Shown piece by piece: positions 49,962 to 59,658 of a DNA stretch of 62,900 nucleotides. Origin of the DNA: Candidatus Omnitrophota bacterium (GTDB lineage Bacteria; Omnitrophota; Gorgyraeia; 2-01-FULL-45-10). Location of the stretch: contig CAIMPC010000019.1 of assembly GCA_903843285.1 (NCBI GenBank), positions 1 through 62,900 of the forward strand. Direction: 5' to 3'. How positions within the stretch are numbered: the first letter of the stretch is position 1; each line of letters starts with the position of its first letter. The notes beneath the pieces were generated by a model. That model saw only the letters and a program-made list of their open reading frames with translations, did not search any database and was not told where the DNA came from. Made by a program: the position numbers and the translations under genes.

Positions 49962-50158
49962 TTACCGAAATAGGAATTACCGCCGGCGACATCTGGCACT
50001 ATCTGGATCAGCATGGTAAGAGTCCATTGTCTAAGATAGTCAAAGGTATCGATACCGAAATGGGAAGGGTTCTCATGAGTATAGGATGGCTTGCCAGAGA
50101 AGGCCACGTTATAGTAGAGGGGAAGGGACCTGATTACGAAGTCTACCTAAGAAAATAA
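49958..50158 (+). CDS. Small winged-helix (DUF2582-like) protein
   Basis: 66 aa. The pattern IGITAGDIWHYLDQHGKSPLSKIVKGI...MSIGWLAREGHV resembles the short wHTH family annotated DUF2582. Confidence 0.6.
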   Translation: MITEIGITAGDIWHYLDQHGKSPLSKIVKGIDTEMGRVLMSIGWLAREGHVIVEGKGPDYEVYLRK

Positions 50159-50174
50159 TAGGGGAGGCTTGTTT

Positions 50175-50453
50175 ATGGAGGATAAGGACAAGAGGAGCAC
50201 CAGGGACGACGAAATAGTACCTATAGTACCCCCATTAAAGGTTTTGGCTCAGAAGACGATCAATAAGCGTTTTGGTTGGTGGAGCGCAGTAGTGCTTCTG
50301 GAGAGTTACGGCAGAAAACAGGTGTGCTTCTATCTTTGGCAGAAACGCGAAGAGGGCGGATGGAAGAGAAAGCAGAAATTCGCCGTACATAATCAGGAAG
50401 ATTGGGAGCTAATCCAGAACGCTGTAAGCGGGATTATCAAAGAACTGACTTAA
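50175..50453 (+). CDS. Hypothetical small protein
   Basis: 92 aa from ATG 50175, with GGGGAGG 7 nt upstream. The track used TTG 50169. Trp/Lys-rich core FGWWSAVVLLESYGRKQVCFYLWQKREEGGWKRKQKF. No domain recognised. Confidence 0.55.
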   Translation: MEDKDKRSTRDDEIVPIVPPLKVLAQKTINKRFGWWSAVVLLESYGRKQVCFYLWQKREEGGWKRKQKFAVHNQEDWELIQNAVSGIIKELT

Positions 50454-50527
50454 GTCCTGACGACTGACGCGTTGATGTCTTTATCAAATCAAGTTAATGC
50501 CTTCCCGGAGATGTTTCCCTTATACCC

Positions 50528-50848
50528 ATGAAGAATAGCTTCATAATTATCTTTGTTACCTGCGCATCTAAGAAAGAAGCCGGATTATTGTCGGATCTCC
50601 TTCTTAAGAAGCGTTTGGTCGCATGCGCAAATATTATAGAGGGAGTAGATTCAAAGTTTTGGTGGCACGGTAAGGTGGACAAGGCTCATGAGACGCTGGT
50701 GATATTTAAGACCGGAGCCGATAAATTTAAGGCAGTTCAGAGAGAAGTGCTCAGGCTCCATAGCTATGATACGCCGGAGATAATAGCGATACCTATTGTG
50801 GCTGGTAGTAAAGATTATCTGAATTGGATAAAGAGCAGTCTGAAGTAA
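50528..50848 (+). CDS. cutA: Divalent-cation tolerance protein CutA
   Basis: 106 aa. The CutA1 pattern is VACANI...SKFWWHGKV...E..VIFKT...HSYDTPEIIA. Confidence 0.88.
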   Translation: MKNSFIIIFVTCASKKEAGLLSDLLLKKRLVACANIIEGVDSKFWWHGKVDKAHETLVIFKTGADKFKAVQREVLRLHSYDTPEIIAIPIVAGSKDYLNWIKSSLK

Positions 50849-50857
50849 ATTTTCCCC

Positions 50858-50887
50858 TTGCCTTTTCATGGCAGGGCATTATATATT
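50858..50887 (+). promoter_or_regulatory. Possible promoter for tRNA-Ala
   Basis: TTGCCT (50858-50863) with TATATA/TATATT at 50880-50887 (16-18 nt spacer), about 10 nt before the mature tRNA 5' end. Weak. Confidence 0.3.
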
Positions 50888-50896
50888 CTAGGTATA

Positions 50897-50970
50897 GGGG
50901 CTGTAGTAAAGTGGGATTACGCAGCGTTCGCAACGCTGAGTCACGGGTTCGACTCCCGTCAGCTCCACCA
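50897..50970 (+). tRNA. tRNA-Ala (anticodon CGC), CCA encoded
   Basis: Manual cloverleaf. The acceptor stem GGGGCTG/CAGCTCC has the G3:U70 alanine identity pair. D arm GTAA-AGTGGGA-TTAC. Anticodon arm CAGCG-TTCGCAA-CGCTG. 4-nt variable loop. T arm ACGGG-TTCGACT-CCCGT. Discriminator A plus CCA. T8, A14, G18G19, T33, T54T55C56 and A58 are all present. Confidence 0.9.
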
Positions 50971-51022
50971 GTATGCGTAGTATGAGGCAGTATCCATTAC
51001 CATCGGATAGGCTACCTACACA

Positions 51023-52519
51023 ATGACAAAATATATTCCGATCATCTTTTTACCGCTCCTGTCCCTCCTTATCGCGTCGACGGCATTTGCCTCCCAGGAG
51101 GTTAAAGAAGCCGATCTCGCCGGAACCTGGTATCCTGCGTCTAAAAAGGCGCTCGCCAAACTTTTACAGGCATATATTGATGCGGCTAAACCGAACGAAG
51201 TCAAGGGCCGGATACTCGCGATAATATCTCCGCATGCCGGTTATCAATTCTCAGCTCCTGTGGCCGCTTACGGGTATAAACTGGCATCCGGCAAGGACAT
51301 TAAGACAGTTATTATAATCGGTTTTAGCCATAGGAAAGCATTCGATGGTATTGCGATCTATGATAGAGGAGTCTTCCGCACGCCTTTAGGCGAAGTGCCT
51401 GTGAATGCGGACCTTGCCGGTTCCATCGAGACCAAGAATAAACGCATATATTACCATCCGGAAGCTTTCTCGGATGAAAATTCGATCGAGATGCAGATAC
51501 CATTTATCCAGATGTCATTTCCCAATGCTTCGATAGTTCCTATAGCCTTCGGTACTCAGGAGTATCAGGATGCGGAAATTCTGGCGGATGCCCTTTCCGC
51601 GGTGCTGAAAGGACGGACGGACTGCCTGATGGTGGCGAGCACCGACTTATCCCATTACCATCCATATGAAGATGCGAACGTAATAGATAAGAGGTTTATT
51701 GACGCAATATCATCTGAAAAGCCGGAGCGGATATATCTGGATGAAAGACAGGGTAAATTTGAGGCATGCGGTATTATGCCGATCACTTCAGTACTGCTTA
51801 CGGCCGATAAACTGGGTTATAACGGCATAAAGGTATTAAAATATGCTAACTCCGGCGACACTTTTTTAGATAAGTCCAGGGTTGTCGGGTACTTAAGCGC
51901 GGCAATATATAAAGGCGCGGAACAACCACCCACGACCGCAAAAGAAATGAAAAGGGATAGTATGAGACTAACCGAAGGTCAACGGAAGAGGCTGCTGGAG
52001 ATAGCGCGCGGCTCGATCATAAGTTACGTTAAAGAGGGTAAACGCAAAAATTTTACCGAGAATGATGCGGCGCTTAATGAGCCATTGGGTGCATTCGTCA
52101 CCATTCATGAAAACGGTGAGCTGAGAGGCTGTATAGGTAATATGATGGCCACCGGGCCTTTATACAGTACCATAGCTAATATGGCTGTGGAGGCCGCTAC
52201 GGGTGATCCGCGTTTTCCAGCCCTTTCCCCTGATGAAATAGACAAGATAGATTTAGAGATATCAGTCCTGTCTCCAATGAAGAAGATCTCTTCTGTCGAC
52301 GAAATAAAGATACCGGGACACGGCGTCCTCGTGCGCCGCGGCTTCAGTAGCGGCGTGTATCTGCCGCAGGTTGCGACAGAGACCGGATGGAGTAAGGAAG
52401 AATTCATGACGAGCCTGTGCGCCCATAAGGCGGGACTCGAAGCGGATGCGTGGAAGGATCCATCGACGGAGATCTACATATTCAGCGCGGAAGTATTCGG
52501 AGAGAAGGGTAAGCAGTGA
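51023..52519 (+). CDS. Fusion of a Memo-like (AmmeMemoRadiSam system protein B) domain and an AMMECR1 (system protein A) domain, with an N-terminal signal peptide
   Basis: 498 aa. Signal peptide MTKYIPIIFLPLLSLLIASTAFA/SQE. The Memo-type blocks are AGTWYPASKKAL and ISPHAGYQFS. The AMMECR1-type block in the C-terminal third is GAFVTIHENGELRGCIGNM. Confidence 0.75.
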   Translation: MTKYIPIIFLPLLSLLIASTAFASQEVKEADLAGTWYPASKKALAKLLQAYIDAAKPNEVKGRILAIISPHAGYQFSAPVAAYGYKLASGKDIKTVIIIGFSHRKAFDGIAIYDRGVFRTPLGEVPVNADLAGSIETKNKRIYYHPEAFSDENSIEMQIPFIQMSFPNASIVPIAFGTQEYQDAEILADALSAVLKGRTDCLMVASTDLSHYHPYEDANVIDKRFIDAISSEKPERIYLDERQGKFEACGIMPITSVLLTADKLGYNGIKVLKYANSGDTFLDKSRVVGYLSAAIYKGAEQPPTTAKEMKRDSMRLTEGQRKRLLEIARGSIISYVKEGKRKNFTENDAALNEPLGAFVTIHENGELRGCIGNMMATGPLYSTIANMAVEAATGDPRFPALSPDEIDKIDLEISVLSPMKKISSVDEIKIPGHGVLVRRGFSSGVYLPQVATETGWSKEEFMTSLCAHKAGLEADAWKDPSTEIYIFSAEVFGEKGKQ

Positions 52520-53247
52520 GCCGATTCTATGTCCCTAAGGAATGCGTCAGAGGTGGCCTGATCCACATAAGCGGCAGGGAGACCCATCACATAACCGATG
52601 TCATGCGGCTTAAGGCCCTGGATAAGGTGGTGACATTCGATGGAACCGGGCGGGAATATGTTGGATTTATAAAAGAAATTAAGAATAAGTCGGTGATTAT
52701 CGAGATAATCGAAACTAAGTCTGCTATCGGCAAAGAGTCATCTAAGATTACATTGATTCAGGCCATACCGAAGAAGGACAAGATGGATTACATTGTAGAG
52801 AAGTCGACCGAACTCGGAATCTCTTCGATAATTCCTGTAGTCACCGGTAGAACTATTCCTGACTGGGACCAGACGAAGAAGCTGGCGATCGTAGATAGAT
52901 GGAGTAAGATTGCCAGGGAGGCTTCGAAGCAGTGCGGCCGCTCGGATATTCCCGACATAGCACAGATAAAAAGTTTTTCGGATATCGCCGCCGACGCCGC
53001 CGGATATGATCTGGCGCTAATCGCCGCGCTTGACGATAAAGCTGTGAAGTTAAAGGATACACTTAAGTCATTCACCGGAGGGAAGGTTGCGATAGCAATA
53101 GGCCCCGAAGGGGATTTTACACCGGATGAGATAAATAGCGCACGGACAAATGGATTTAAGTTGGTAAATTTGGGATCCAGAGTGCTGAAGAGTGATACTG
53201 CGGGATTATTTGTATTGGCTATATTAAATTATGAGCTCACAAATTAA
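52516..53247 (+). CDS. rsmE: 16S rRNA (uracil1498-N3)-methyltransferase
   Basis: 243 aa. N-terminal MSRFYVP...HHITDVMRLK (PUA-like) and a C-terminal SPOUT block IGPEGDFTPDE. Overlaps the upstream stop. Confidence 0.88.
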   Translation: MSRFYVPKECVRGGLIHISGRETHHITDVMRLKALDKVVTFDGTGREYVGFIKEIKNKSVIIEIIETKSAIGKESSKITLIQAIPKKDKMDYIVEKSTELGISSIIPVVTGRTIPDWDQTKKLAIVDRWSKIAREASKQCGRSDIPDIAQIKSFSDIAADAAGYDLALIAALDDKAVKLKDTLKSFTGGKVAIAIGPEGDFTPDEINSARTNGFKLVNLGSRVLKSDTAGLFVLAILNYELTN

Positions 53248-54568
53248 CGATAAGAAGAAAAAATTCCATATTCATACTCTTGGTTGTAAGGTCAACCAGT
53301 ATGAGTCGCAGGCTATGCGCGAGCTTCTCCTGAAAGCCGGTTTTGAGGAGTCGGAGTCCGAGGAGATCGCGGATGTCTATATAGTCAATACCTGTACGGT
53401 AACGGGGGAGGCCGATAAGGAATCGAAGAATGTTATGGGGCGGTTCCATAAGGAAAATCCCAATGCGCGAATAGTCGTCACAGGTTGCCTGGCGGAGCGG
53501 GGATATGCGGACCTGTTATCCGTTCCGGGGATATCGAATGTCCTTAAGAACTCCGAAAAGAACAGGATTGTCCGAACGGCCCTCGGCGATAAAGATGACA
53601 GATGGTTCGGCCGTCCCCGAAATGCCGAGCTTAAAGTGTCGGATTTTAAAGACCATTCTAAGGCGTATGTAAAGATTCAGGATGGGTGCGAGAACAGGTG
53701 TTCATACTGTAAGGTACCTTTGGTCAGGGGCAGGCTAAGTTCGAAGTCGATTACGAACGTGGTGACTGAGGTCAGCGGTCTCGTGCAGAACGGTTTTAGA
53801 GAGATAATATTGACCGGTATCTGCTTAGGTTCATGGGGTAAGGATCTTCATCTTAGCCGCATTGTGCGCGGCATGAAGCTGAAGAGCTTAAATCTGGTAG
53901 ATGTCCTTAGAGCGATCGATAAATTGGGCGGGGATTTTAGGATACGCCTAAGCTCTATCGAACCCAAGTATGTTACCGATGAATTAATCGATTTTATGGC
54001 ATCAAATAAGAGAATGTGCGCCCATCTGCACATACCGTTTCAATCCGGAGATGACGACGTCCTAAAACTCATGAACAGGCCGTATACGTGTTCCGATTAT
54101 ATTGCGATCATTGATAAAGCCAGAGCAAAAATCAACGATGTAGCGCTGACTACAGATATGATTGTGGGTTTTCCGGGTGAATCACACATGATGTTTCGTA
54201 ACTCCATGGCTTTTATCCGAAGGGTGTCACCATCCAGGGCACATATATTCACATTTAGTAAAAGAGAGGGCACTCCTGCTTATAACATGCCAAATACTTT
54301 AGATCGCGTTGTTATTAAAAATAGATATATGAAGATGAGCGCTATGGCCCTGGAGACCGCGTACGAGTATAAGAGGAGTTTCTTGGGAAAAGAGCTCAAG
54401 GTGCTGGTAGAGACTAAGAGGGATGGCAAGACGGGCCTTCTTAAAGGTTACTCCGAAAACTATATACAGGCGCTCTTTGCCGGGCCTGATGACTTAATGA
54501 GGAAAATAGCCCCGATTAAGGTGGTTGGATTCGATTCCGGGAAGGCTATGGGCGTGTATGGCCAATAA
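53231..54568 (+). CDS. mtaB: Radical SAM methylthiotransferase, MtaB/MiaB-like
   Basis: 445 aa. N-terminal UPF0004 block FHIHTLGCKVNQYESQAM, radical SAM CENRCSYCKVP, and a C-terminal TRAM-like region. Confidence 0.75.
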   Translation: MSSQINDKKKKFHIHTLGCKVNQYESQAMRELLLKAGFEESESEEIADVYIVNTCTVTGEADKESKNVMGRFHKENPNARIVVTGCLAERGYADLLSVPGISNVLKNSEKNRIVRTALGDKDDRWFGRPRNAELKVSDFKDHSKAYVKIQDGCENRCSYCKVPLVRGRLSSKSITNVVTEVSGLVQNGFREIILTGICLGSWGKDLHLSRIVRGMKLKSLNLVDVLRAIDKLGGDFRIRLSSIEPKYVTDELIDFMASNKRMCAHLHIPFQSGDDDVLKLMNRPYTCSDYIAIIDKARAKINDVALTTDMIVGFPGESHMMFRNSMAFIRRVSPSRAHIFTFSKREGTPAYNMPNTLDRVVIKNRYMKMSAMALETAYEYKRSFLGKELKVLVETKRDGKTGLLKGYSENYIQALFAGPDDLMRKIAPIKVVGFDSGKAMGVYGQ

Positions 54569-55331
54569 GGGTTCAAGTATAATAGTGGCGGTATGGAACC
54601 AATTAGGTTATACCCGTCTTACAGTAGAATCTATATTAAAGAATACTACTCAGCCGTTCGAGTTAATAATAATAGATAATGGATCAAGACCCAATGTTAG
54701 AGCATATTTCGAATCTATTAAGGGTGAAGCCGATATCAAATATATCAGGAATGATATAAATGTTGGGCCCATTGTAGGTATCAACCAGGGCATTAAGGCC
54801 GCTAAATATCCTTACATAGCCGTAATACATAATGACGTCGTGGTCTTTGAAAAAGATTGGCTCGGTAAGATAATAGACGTTATGGAAGCCGATCCTAAAG
54901 TTGGCATAGCCGCATTAGCCGGTCGCAAAGAGATACTAAAGACCGGCTGTGTCAACGAAGCCAGTCTTAAACATAATCTGCAGAATGAGGAAGATCTGGG
55001 CCCGGGCATGCAGGAGGATGTGGCGAACGTAGCGGTCGTTGATGGATTATGTTTTGTGATGAGGAGAGAGCTTCTGGATAATATCGGCGGCCTGGACGAA
55101 TCTTTCGGTTATATGCATTGCTACGATCTCGATATATCACTAAGAAGCATTGATGCCGGCTACAGGAACGTGGTTGTGAAAGTCGAGGCAATGCATGTCG
55201 GTAACGGCGGCAGGACGAGGAATATGAAGGGTTATCGCCAGATCGTTAAGGATGATTATGGCCTATTAAAGAAGAATTGTAAAATACTGGCAGACCGATG
55301 GCGCAAAATCCTGCCGCTAAAAGTGAATTGA
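54558..55331 (+). CDS. Family 2 glycosyltransferase
   Basis: I prefer the ATG at 54558, which overlaps the mtaB stop. The GT-A pattern is IIVAVWNQLGYT...LIIIDNGS, with a DxD-like region later. Confidence 0.75.
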   Translation: MANKGSSIIVAVWNQLGYTRLTVESILKNTTQPFELIIIDNGSRPNVRAYFESIKGEADIKYIRNDINVGPIVGINQGIKAAKYPYIAVIHNDVVVFEKDWLGKIIDVMEADPKVGIAALAGRKEILKTGCVNEASLKHNLQNEEDLGPGMQEDVANVAVVDGLCFVMRRELLDNIGGLDESFGYMHCYDLDISLRSIDAGYRNVVVKVEAMHVGNGGRTRNMKGYRQIVKDDYGLLKKNCKILADRWRKILPLKVN

Positions 55332-55354
55332 TAGTGATAGCAATAACTATTTTC

Positions 55355-55382
55355 TTGACAAAAATCAGTTTATCTATAAAAT
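55355..55382 (+). promoter_or_regulatory. Candidate promoter for fabG-acpP-fabF
   Basis: TTGACA (55355-55360), 16-nt spacer, TAAAAT (55377-55382). RBS aaaggaa lies before the ATG at 55411. Confidence 0.5.
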
Positions 55383-55410
55383 ATGCTAAAGTTTTTGACG
55401 AAAGGAATAT

Positions 55411-56151
55411 ATGAGGTTAAAGGATAGGGTAGCGCTGATAACCGGTGGGGCCAGAGGCATAGGCAGAGAGATAGCCTTAGCGTTTGCCAGGGAGGGTTGC
55501 CATATAGCATTATGCGATGTCAATGCGGAAGCGCTCATTATTACACAGAAAGAGATAGAGGCTTTTGGGGTGCAGGTTTTAACCGGAGTGGTCGATGTCA
55601 CTAAGCTCGTCCAAGCCGATGATTTCACCCAGAAAACCCTTGACAAATTTAAGAAAATCGATATACTCATTAACAATGCGGGTATTACAAGGGACGGGCT
55701 TCTGGTCAGAATGTCGGAAGCCGATTGGGATCTGGTTCTGGCCGTTAACCTGAAGGGCGCATTCAACTTCACCAAGGCCGTTTCTAAGATAATGATGAAG
55801 CAGAGAGACGGCAGGATAGTTAATATGGCCTCTATCATAGGGATAATGGGAAATGCCGGCCAGGCAAATTATGCGGCGTCTAAGGGCGGTCTTATAGCGT
55901 TTACCAAATCGGTGGCCAAGGAGCTTGCCTCCAGGAATGTGAGGGCCAATGCTATAGCTCCCGGGTTTATACAGACGGATATGACCGCAAAGCTTTCTGA
56001 TGAAGTGAAAAGTGAGATGCTTAAGTTTGTGCCGCTCGGTAAGCTAGGAACGGTTCAGGATGTTGCGAACCTCGCATTATTTTTGGCTAGTGATGAATCG
56101 TCGTATATAACCGGTCAGGCCATACAGGTCGACGGCGGAATGGTAATGTAA
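55411..56151 (+). CDS. fabG: 3-oxoacyl-ACP reductase
   Basis: 246 aa SDR with [12 protein letters not shown] and YAASKGG motifs. Confidence 0.92.
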   Translation: MRLKDRVALITGGARGIGREIALAFAREGCHIALCDVNAEALIITQKEIEAFGVQVLTGVVDVTKLVQADDFTQKTLDKFKKIDILINNAGITRDGLLVRMSEADWDLVLAVNLKGAFNFTKAVSKIMMKQRDGRIVNMASIIGIMGNAGQANYAASKGGLIAFTKSVAKELASRNVRANAIAPGFIQTDMTAKLSDEVKSEMLKFVPLGKLGTVQDVANLALFLASDESSYITGQAIQVDGGMVM

Positions 56152-56165
56152 ATAAGGAGGACAAA

Positions 56166-56405
56166 ATGGACGTATCTCAGGACAAGGTTAGACAGATAAT
56201 AGCGGATCAGCTTGGCGTAAAGAGGGAAGAGGTTACGGACAATGCAAAGTTTGTTGACGATCTAGGCGCAGATTCGCTGGATACGGTCGAGCTCGTAATG
56301 GCCCTGGAAGAGGAATTTGGCATAGAGATACCTGACGAAGAGGCTGAGAAGCTTGCGACTGTCGGAGATGCCATGAGATACATAGAAGAGAAGGCCGGTA
56401 AGTAA
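56166..56405 (+). CDS. acpP: Acyl carrier protein
   Basis: 79 aa. The phosphopantetheine attachment site is [21 protein letters not shown]. Confidence 0.95.
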   Translation: MDVSQDKVRQIIADQLGVKREEVTDNAKFVDDLGADSLDTVELVMALEEEFGIEIPDEEAEKLATVGDAMRYIEEKAGK

Positions 56406-56419
56406 ACACCGACACTTCG

Positions 56420-57679
56420 ATGCATAAGACAAGACGCGTAGTAATTACGGGCCTCGGTGTTGTGTCGCCCATAGGTAACAGCATAGAGACCTTCTGGAAG
56501 TCTTTACTTGAGGGGCGTAGCGGCGTGAAACGCCTCAGCTGTTTTGACCCCGCTTATTTTAACTGTAAAATAGGCGCTGAGGTTAAAGATTTCAATCCAT
56601 CCCAGTATCTATCCCCAAAAGAGATGAAGCGAATGGATCGTTTTGTCCAGTTTGCGGTGGTCTCTGCCAAGATGGCTCTCGCTGACTCTAAACTGGATAT
56701 GTCCAAAGAAGACCCGACCAGGTTCGGAGTCATGGTGGGATCCGGAATAGGCGGCCTACATTCTATCGAAACTGAATATTGCCAGTTCTTGGCTCTCGGT
56801 CCGGAGAAAGGGCCCAGCAGGATATCGCCATTTTTGATCCCGATGTTGATAGTTAATATGGCTTCCGGACAGATATCTATCACGCTTGGACTCAAAGGGC
56901 CTAATTCTACGGTAGCTACGGCTTGCGCTACCGGCAACCATGCCATAGGCGACGCGATGAGGATCATACAAAGAGGTGAGGCCGACTGCATGATGTGCGG
57001 TGGTTCAGAGGCCGCCATTACACAAATGGGCTTCGGAGGTTTCTGCGCGCTTAAGGCGCTCTCCACCGCGTATAATGAAGAACCTGAGAAGGCCTCGAGG
57101 CCTTTCGATAAAAATAGAGACGGTTTCGTAATAGGGGAAGGCGCTGGCGTTGTAGTGCTGGAAGATATGGAACACGCGCTTAAACGTAATGCCGCAATAT
57201 ATTGCGAGATAATAGGTTACGGTATGAGCGGCGACGCGTATCATATGACTGCGCCGGATCCCCAGGGCGATGGCGGTATCAGATGTCTTCGTAGTGCTAT
57301 CAAGGATGCGGGTGTAAAACTGGAAGATGTTGATTATATAAATGCCCACGGTACTTCTACTATATATAATGACAGGATCGAGACGCTCGCCATAAAGAAA
57401 GTTTTCGGAGATCACGCTAAAAAATTAGCCGTGAGCTCTACAAAGTCGGTGATGGGTCATTTATTGGGTGCGGCCGGCGGAGTAGAGATGGTCGTGTGCG
57501 CCCTTGCCATTAAGCATGGCATAGTGCCGCCTACGATTAACTATGAAACGCCCGATCCCGAATGCGACCTCGATTATGTGCCTAATAAGCCCCGTGCTCA
57601 TAAGGTTAATGTCGCTCTGTCCAATGCCCTGGGTTTTGGCGGCCATAATGCGACGCTCGTAGTAAAAAAATTCACATAA
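56420..57679 (+). CDS. fabF: 3-oxoacyl-ACP synthase II
   Basis: 419 aa. Active-site Cys block [13 protein letters not shown] and the His blocks NAHGTST and GHLLGAAG. Confidence 0.93.
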   Translation: MHKTRRVVITGLGVVSPIGNSIETFWKSLLEGRSGVKRLSCFDPAYFNCKIGAEVKDFNPSQYLSPKEMKRMDRFVQFAVVSAKMALADSKLDMSKEDPTRFGVMVGSGIGGLHSIETEYCQFLALGPEKGPSRISPFLIPMLIVNMASGQISITLGLKGPNSTVATACATGNHAIGDAMRIIQRGEADCMMCGGSEAAITQMGFGGFCALKALSTAYNEEPEKASRPFDKNRDGFVIGEGAGVVVLEDMEHALKRNAAIYCEIIGYGMSGDAYHMTAPDPQGDGGIRCLRSAIKDAGVKLEDVDYINAHGTSTIYNDRIETLAIKKVFGDHAKKLAVSSTKSVMGHLLGAAGGVEMVVCALAIKHGIVPPTINYETPDPECDLDYVPNKPRAHKVNVALSNALGFGGHNATLVVKKFT

Positions 57680-57720
57680 AACTCTTCGATACGAAAAATA
57701 TTCGATTCTAAAGGAGACAT

Positions 57721-58875
57721 ATGGATTATTTATTTAATGAACAGCAGAAAATGATACAGGAGCTGGCCAGAAAACTGGCCAGGGAAAAGATAAAGCCGGT
57801 TGCGGCAAAATACGACGAGTCGGAAGAATTTGCGTGGGATATTATGAAGATAATAGCCGACAGCGATCTCTTCGGAGTCTATATACCTGAGCAATACGGC
57901 GGTCTGGGTGGTGGTGTGATAGAGATGTGCATCGTCGCTGAAGAATTTTCCAGGGCATGCGGCGCTATTGCGCTCGGTTTTGCCGGCACAGGTCTCGGCA
58001 CATTTCCTATACTTCTTCACGGAAACGAAGAGCAGAAGAAGAAATATCTCACCAGAGTTGCAAAAGGCGCTGTAGCGGCATTTTGTATCACAGAGGCCGA
58101 GGCAGGATCCGATGCCGGCTCCATTAAAACAACGGCAAAAAAAGATGGAGATGACTATATACTGAACGGCACGAAGCAGTGGATTACTAATGCGGGCGAG
58201 GCCGAAATATATACAGTAATAGCGATGACCGATAAGAATAAAGGCGCCAGAGGCGCAAGCGCATTTATAGTCGAGAAGGGCACTAAGGGAATGGAGTTTG
58301 GGTCAAAGGAGAAGAAGCTCGGTATCCGCGCTTCTGCCACGCGAGAAGTCATATTTACAGATTGTAGAGTTCCCAAGGAAAATCTTATTTCCCGCGAAGG
58401 AATGGGTTTCATAGTTGCTATGAAGACATTTGATTGCTCTCGTCCCGGAGTTGCGGCACAGGCCGTAGGTATAGCTCAGGGGGCGTTTGATGAGGCGCTT
58501 AGCTATTCCCGTAAGAGAGTCCAGTTCGGACAGGCCATCTCCAGTTTTCAGGCTATACAGCATATGCTCGCCGATATGGCTACCCAAATAGAGGCTTCCA
58601 GGGCGCTAGTATACGCTACAGCGAGGATGGTAGATGCCGGCGCTAAGTCGGTCGCTAAAGAGTCGGCAATGGCCAAGTTATTCGCCAGTGATACAGCGAT
58701 GAAGGTAACTGTGGATGCGGTGCAGATATTTGGCGGTTACGGTTACATGAGGGATTACCCGGTAGAGAAATATATGAGAGATGCGAAGATAACTCAGATA
58801 TATGAGGGAACTAACCAGATACAGCGCAATGTCATCGCCGCTAATCTCATCAAAGAAAGCATTAAAGCAGAATAA
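57721..58875 (+). CDS. Acyl-CoA dehydrogenase (short-chain / butyryl-CoA dehydrogenase-like)
   Basis: 384 aa. ACAD signatures CITEAEAGSDAGS and QIFGGYGYMRDYPVEKYMRDAKITQIYEGTNQIQ. Confidence 0.9.
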   Translation: MDYLFNEQQKMIQELARKLAREKIKPVAAKYDESEEFAWDIMKIIADSDLFGVYIPEQYGGLGGGVIEMCIVAEEFSRACGAIALGFAGTGLGTFPILLHGNEEQKKKYLTRVAKGAVAAFCITEAEAGSDAGSIKTTAKKDGDDYILNGTKQWITNAGEAEIYTVIAMTDKNKGARGASAFIVEKGTKGMEFGSKEKKLGIRASATREVIFTDCRVPKENLISREGMGFIVAMKTFDCSRPGVAAQAVGIAQGAFDEALSYSRKRVQFGQAISSFQAIQHMLADMATQIEASRALVYATARMVDAGAKSVAKESAMAKLFASDTAMKVTVDAVQIFGGYGYMRDYPVEKYMRDAKITQIYEGTNQIQRNVIAANLIKESIKAE

Positions 58876-59657
58876 TGAATATAATAGTTTGCATTAAACA
58901 GGTCCCTAATACCACAGACGTTAAGATCGATCCGGTTACGAATACTCTTATCCGTGATGGGGTAGAGAGCGTTATTAATCCGTTCGATGCATATGCCATA
59001 GAAGAGGGCGTAAGGCTAAAAGAGCGTTTTGGCGGTAAGATCACGGTAATTACGATGGGCCCGCCGCAGGCAGAGAACGCGCTTAGAGAGGCTATCTCGC
59101 TGGGGTGCGATGAAGGTATCCTGGTGAGCGACCGCAAGTTTGCCGGCTCAGATACATGGGCTACCAGCTACACGCTCTCCTGCGCTATAAAAAAGATTGA
59201 AGGTTTCGATATAATAATATGTGGTAAGCAGGCATCGGATGGTGATACGGCCCAGGTTGGTCCCGGGATTTCTACGCATTTAGATATTCCACAGGTTACC
59301 TACGTAAAGAAGATTGAAGATATAAAAGATAACAAAGCTAAGGTTGAGCGCATGACCGAAGAAGGTTACGACGTGGTCGAAGCGCCGCTCCCATTACTTC
59401 TGACCGTAGTTAAAGAAATAAATACCCCGCGCCTGCCGTCGCTTAAAGGCATGATGAAGGCAAAATCGGCTAAGATAATGAAATGGACCGCTGAAGACAT
59501 CGAGGCCGATCCCAAATCGCTCGGGCTCGATGGTTCTCCTACGAGAGTTGTAAAGATATTCTCACCTCCACCCAGAAAAGGCGGTGAGATGATAAGCGGG
59601 GATGCGACTGAGGTTTCGCAGGAGTTGGTCGCATTATTAAAGGACATGGTTATATAA
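58875..59657 (+). CDS. etfB: Electron transfer flavoprotein beta subunit
   Basis: 260 aa. N-terminal MNIIVCIKQVPNT and the block IICGKQASDGDTAQVGP. The start overlaps the ACAD stop. Confidence 0.92.
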   Translation: MNIIVCIKQVPNTTDVKIDPVTNTLIRDGVESVINPFDAYAIEEGVRLKERFGGKITVITMGPPQAENALREAISLGCDEGILVSDRKFAGSDTWATSYTLSCAIKKIEGFDIIICGKQASDGDTAQVGPGISTHLDIPQVTYVKKIEDIKDNKAKVERMTEEGYDVVEAPLPLLLTVVKEINTPRLPSLKGMMKAKSAKIMKWTAEDIEADPKSLGLDGSPTRVVKIFSPPPRKGGEMISGDATEVSQELVALLKDMVI

Positions 59658-59658
59658 T

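Noticed and set aside
50849-50896. Hairpin after cutA as a terminator
   Set aside because: Only about 4 contiguous base pairs (tgcc/ggca) with mismatches and no T tract. That is too weak to call.
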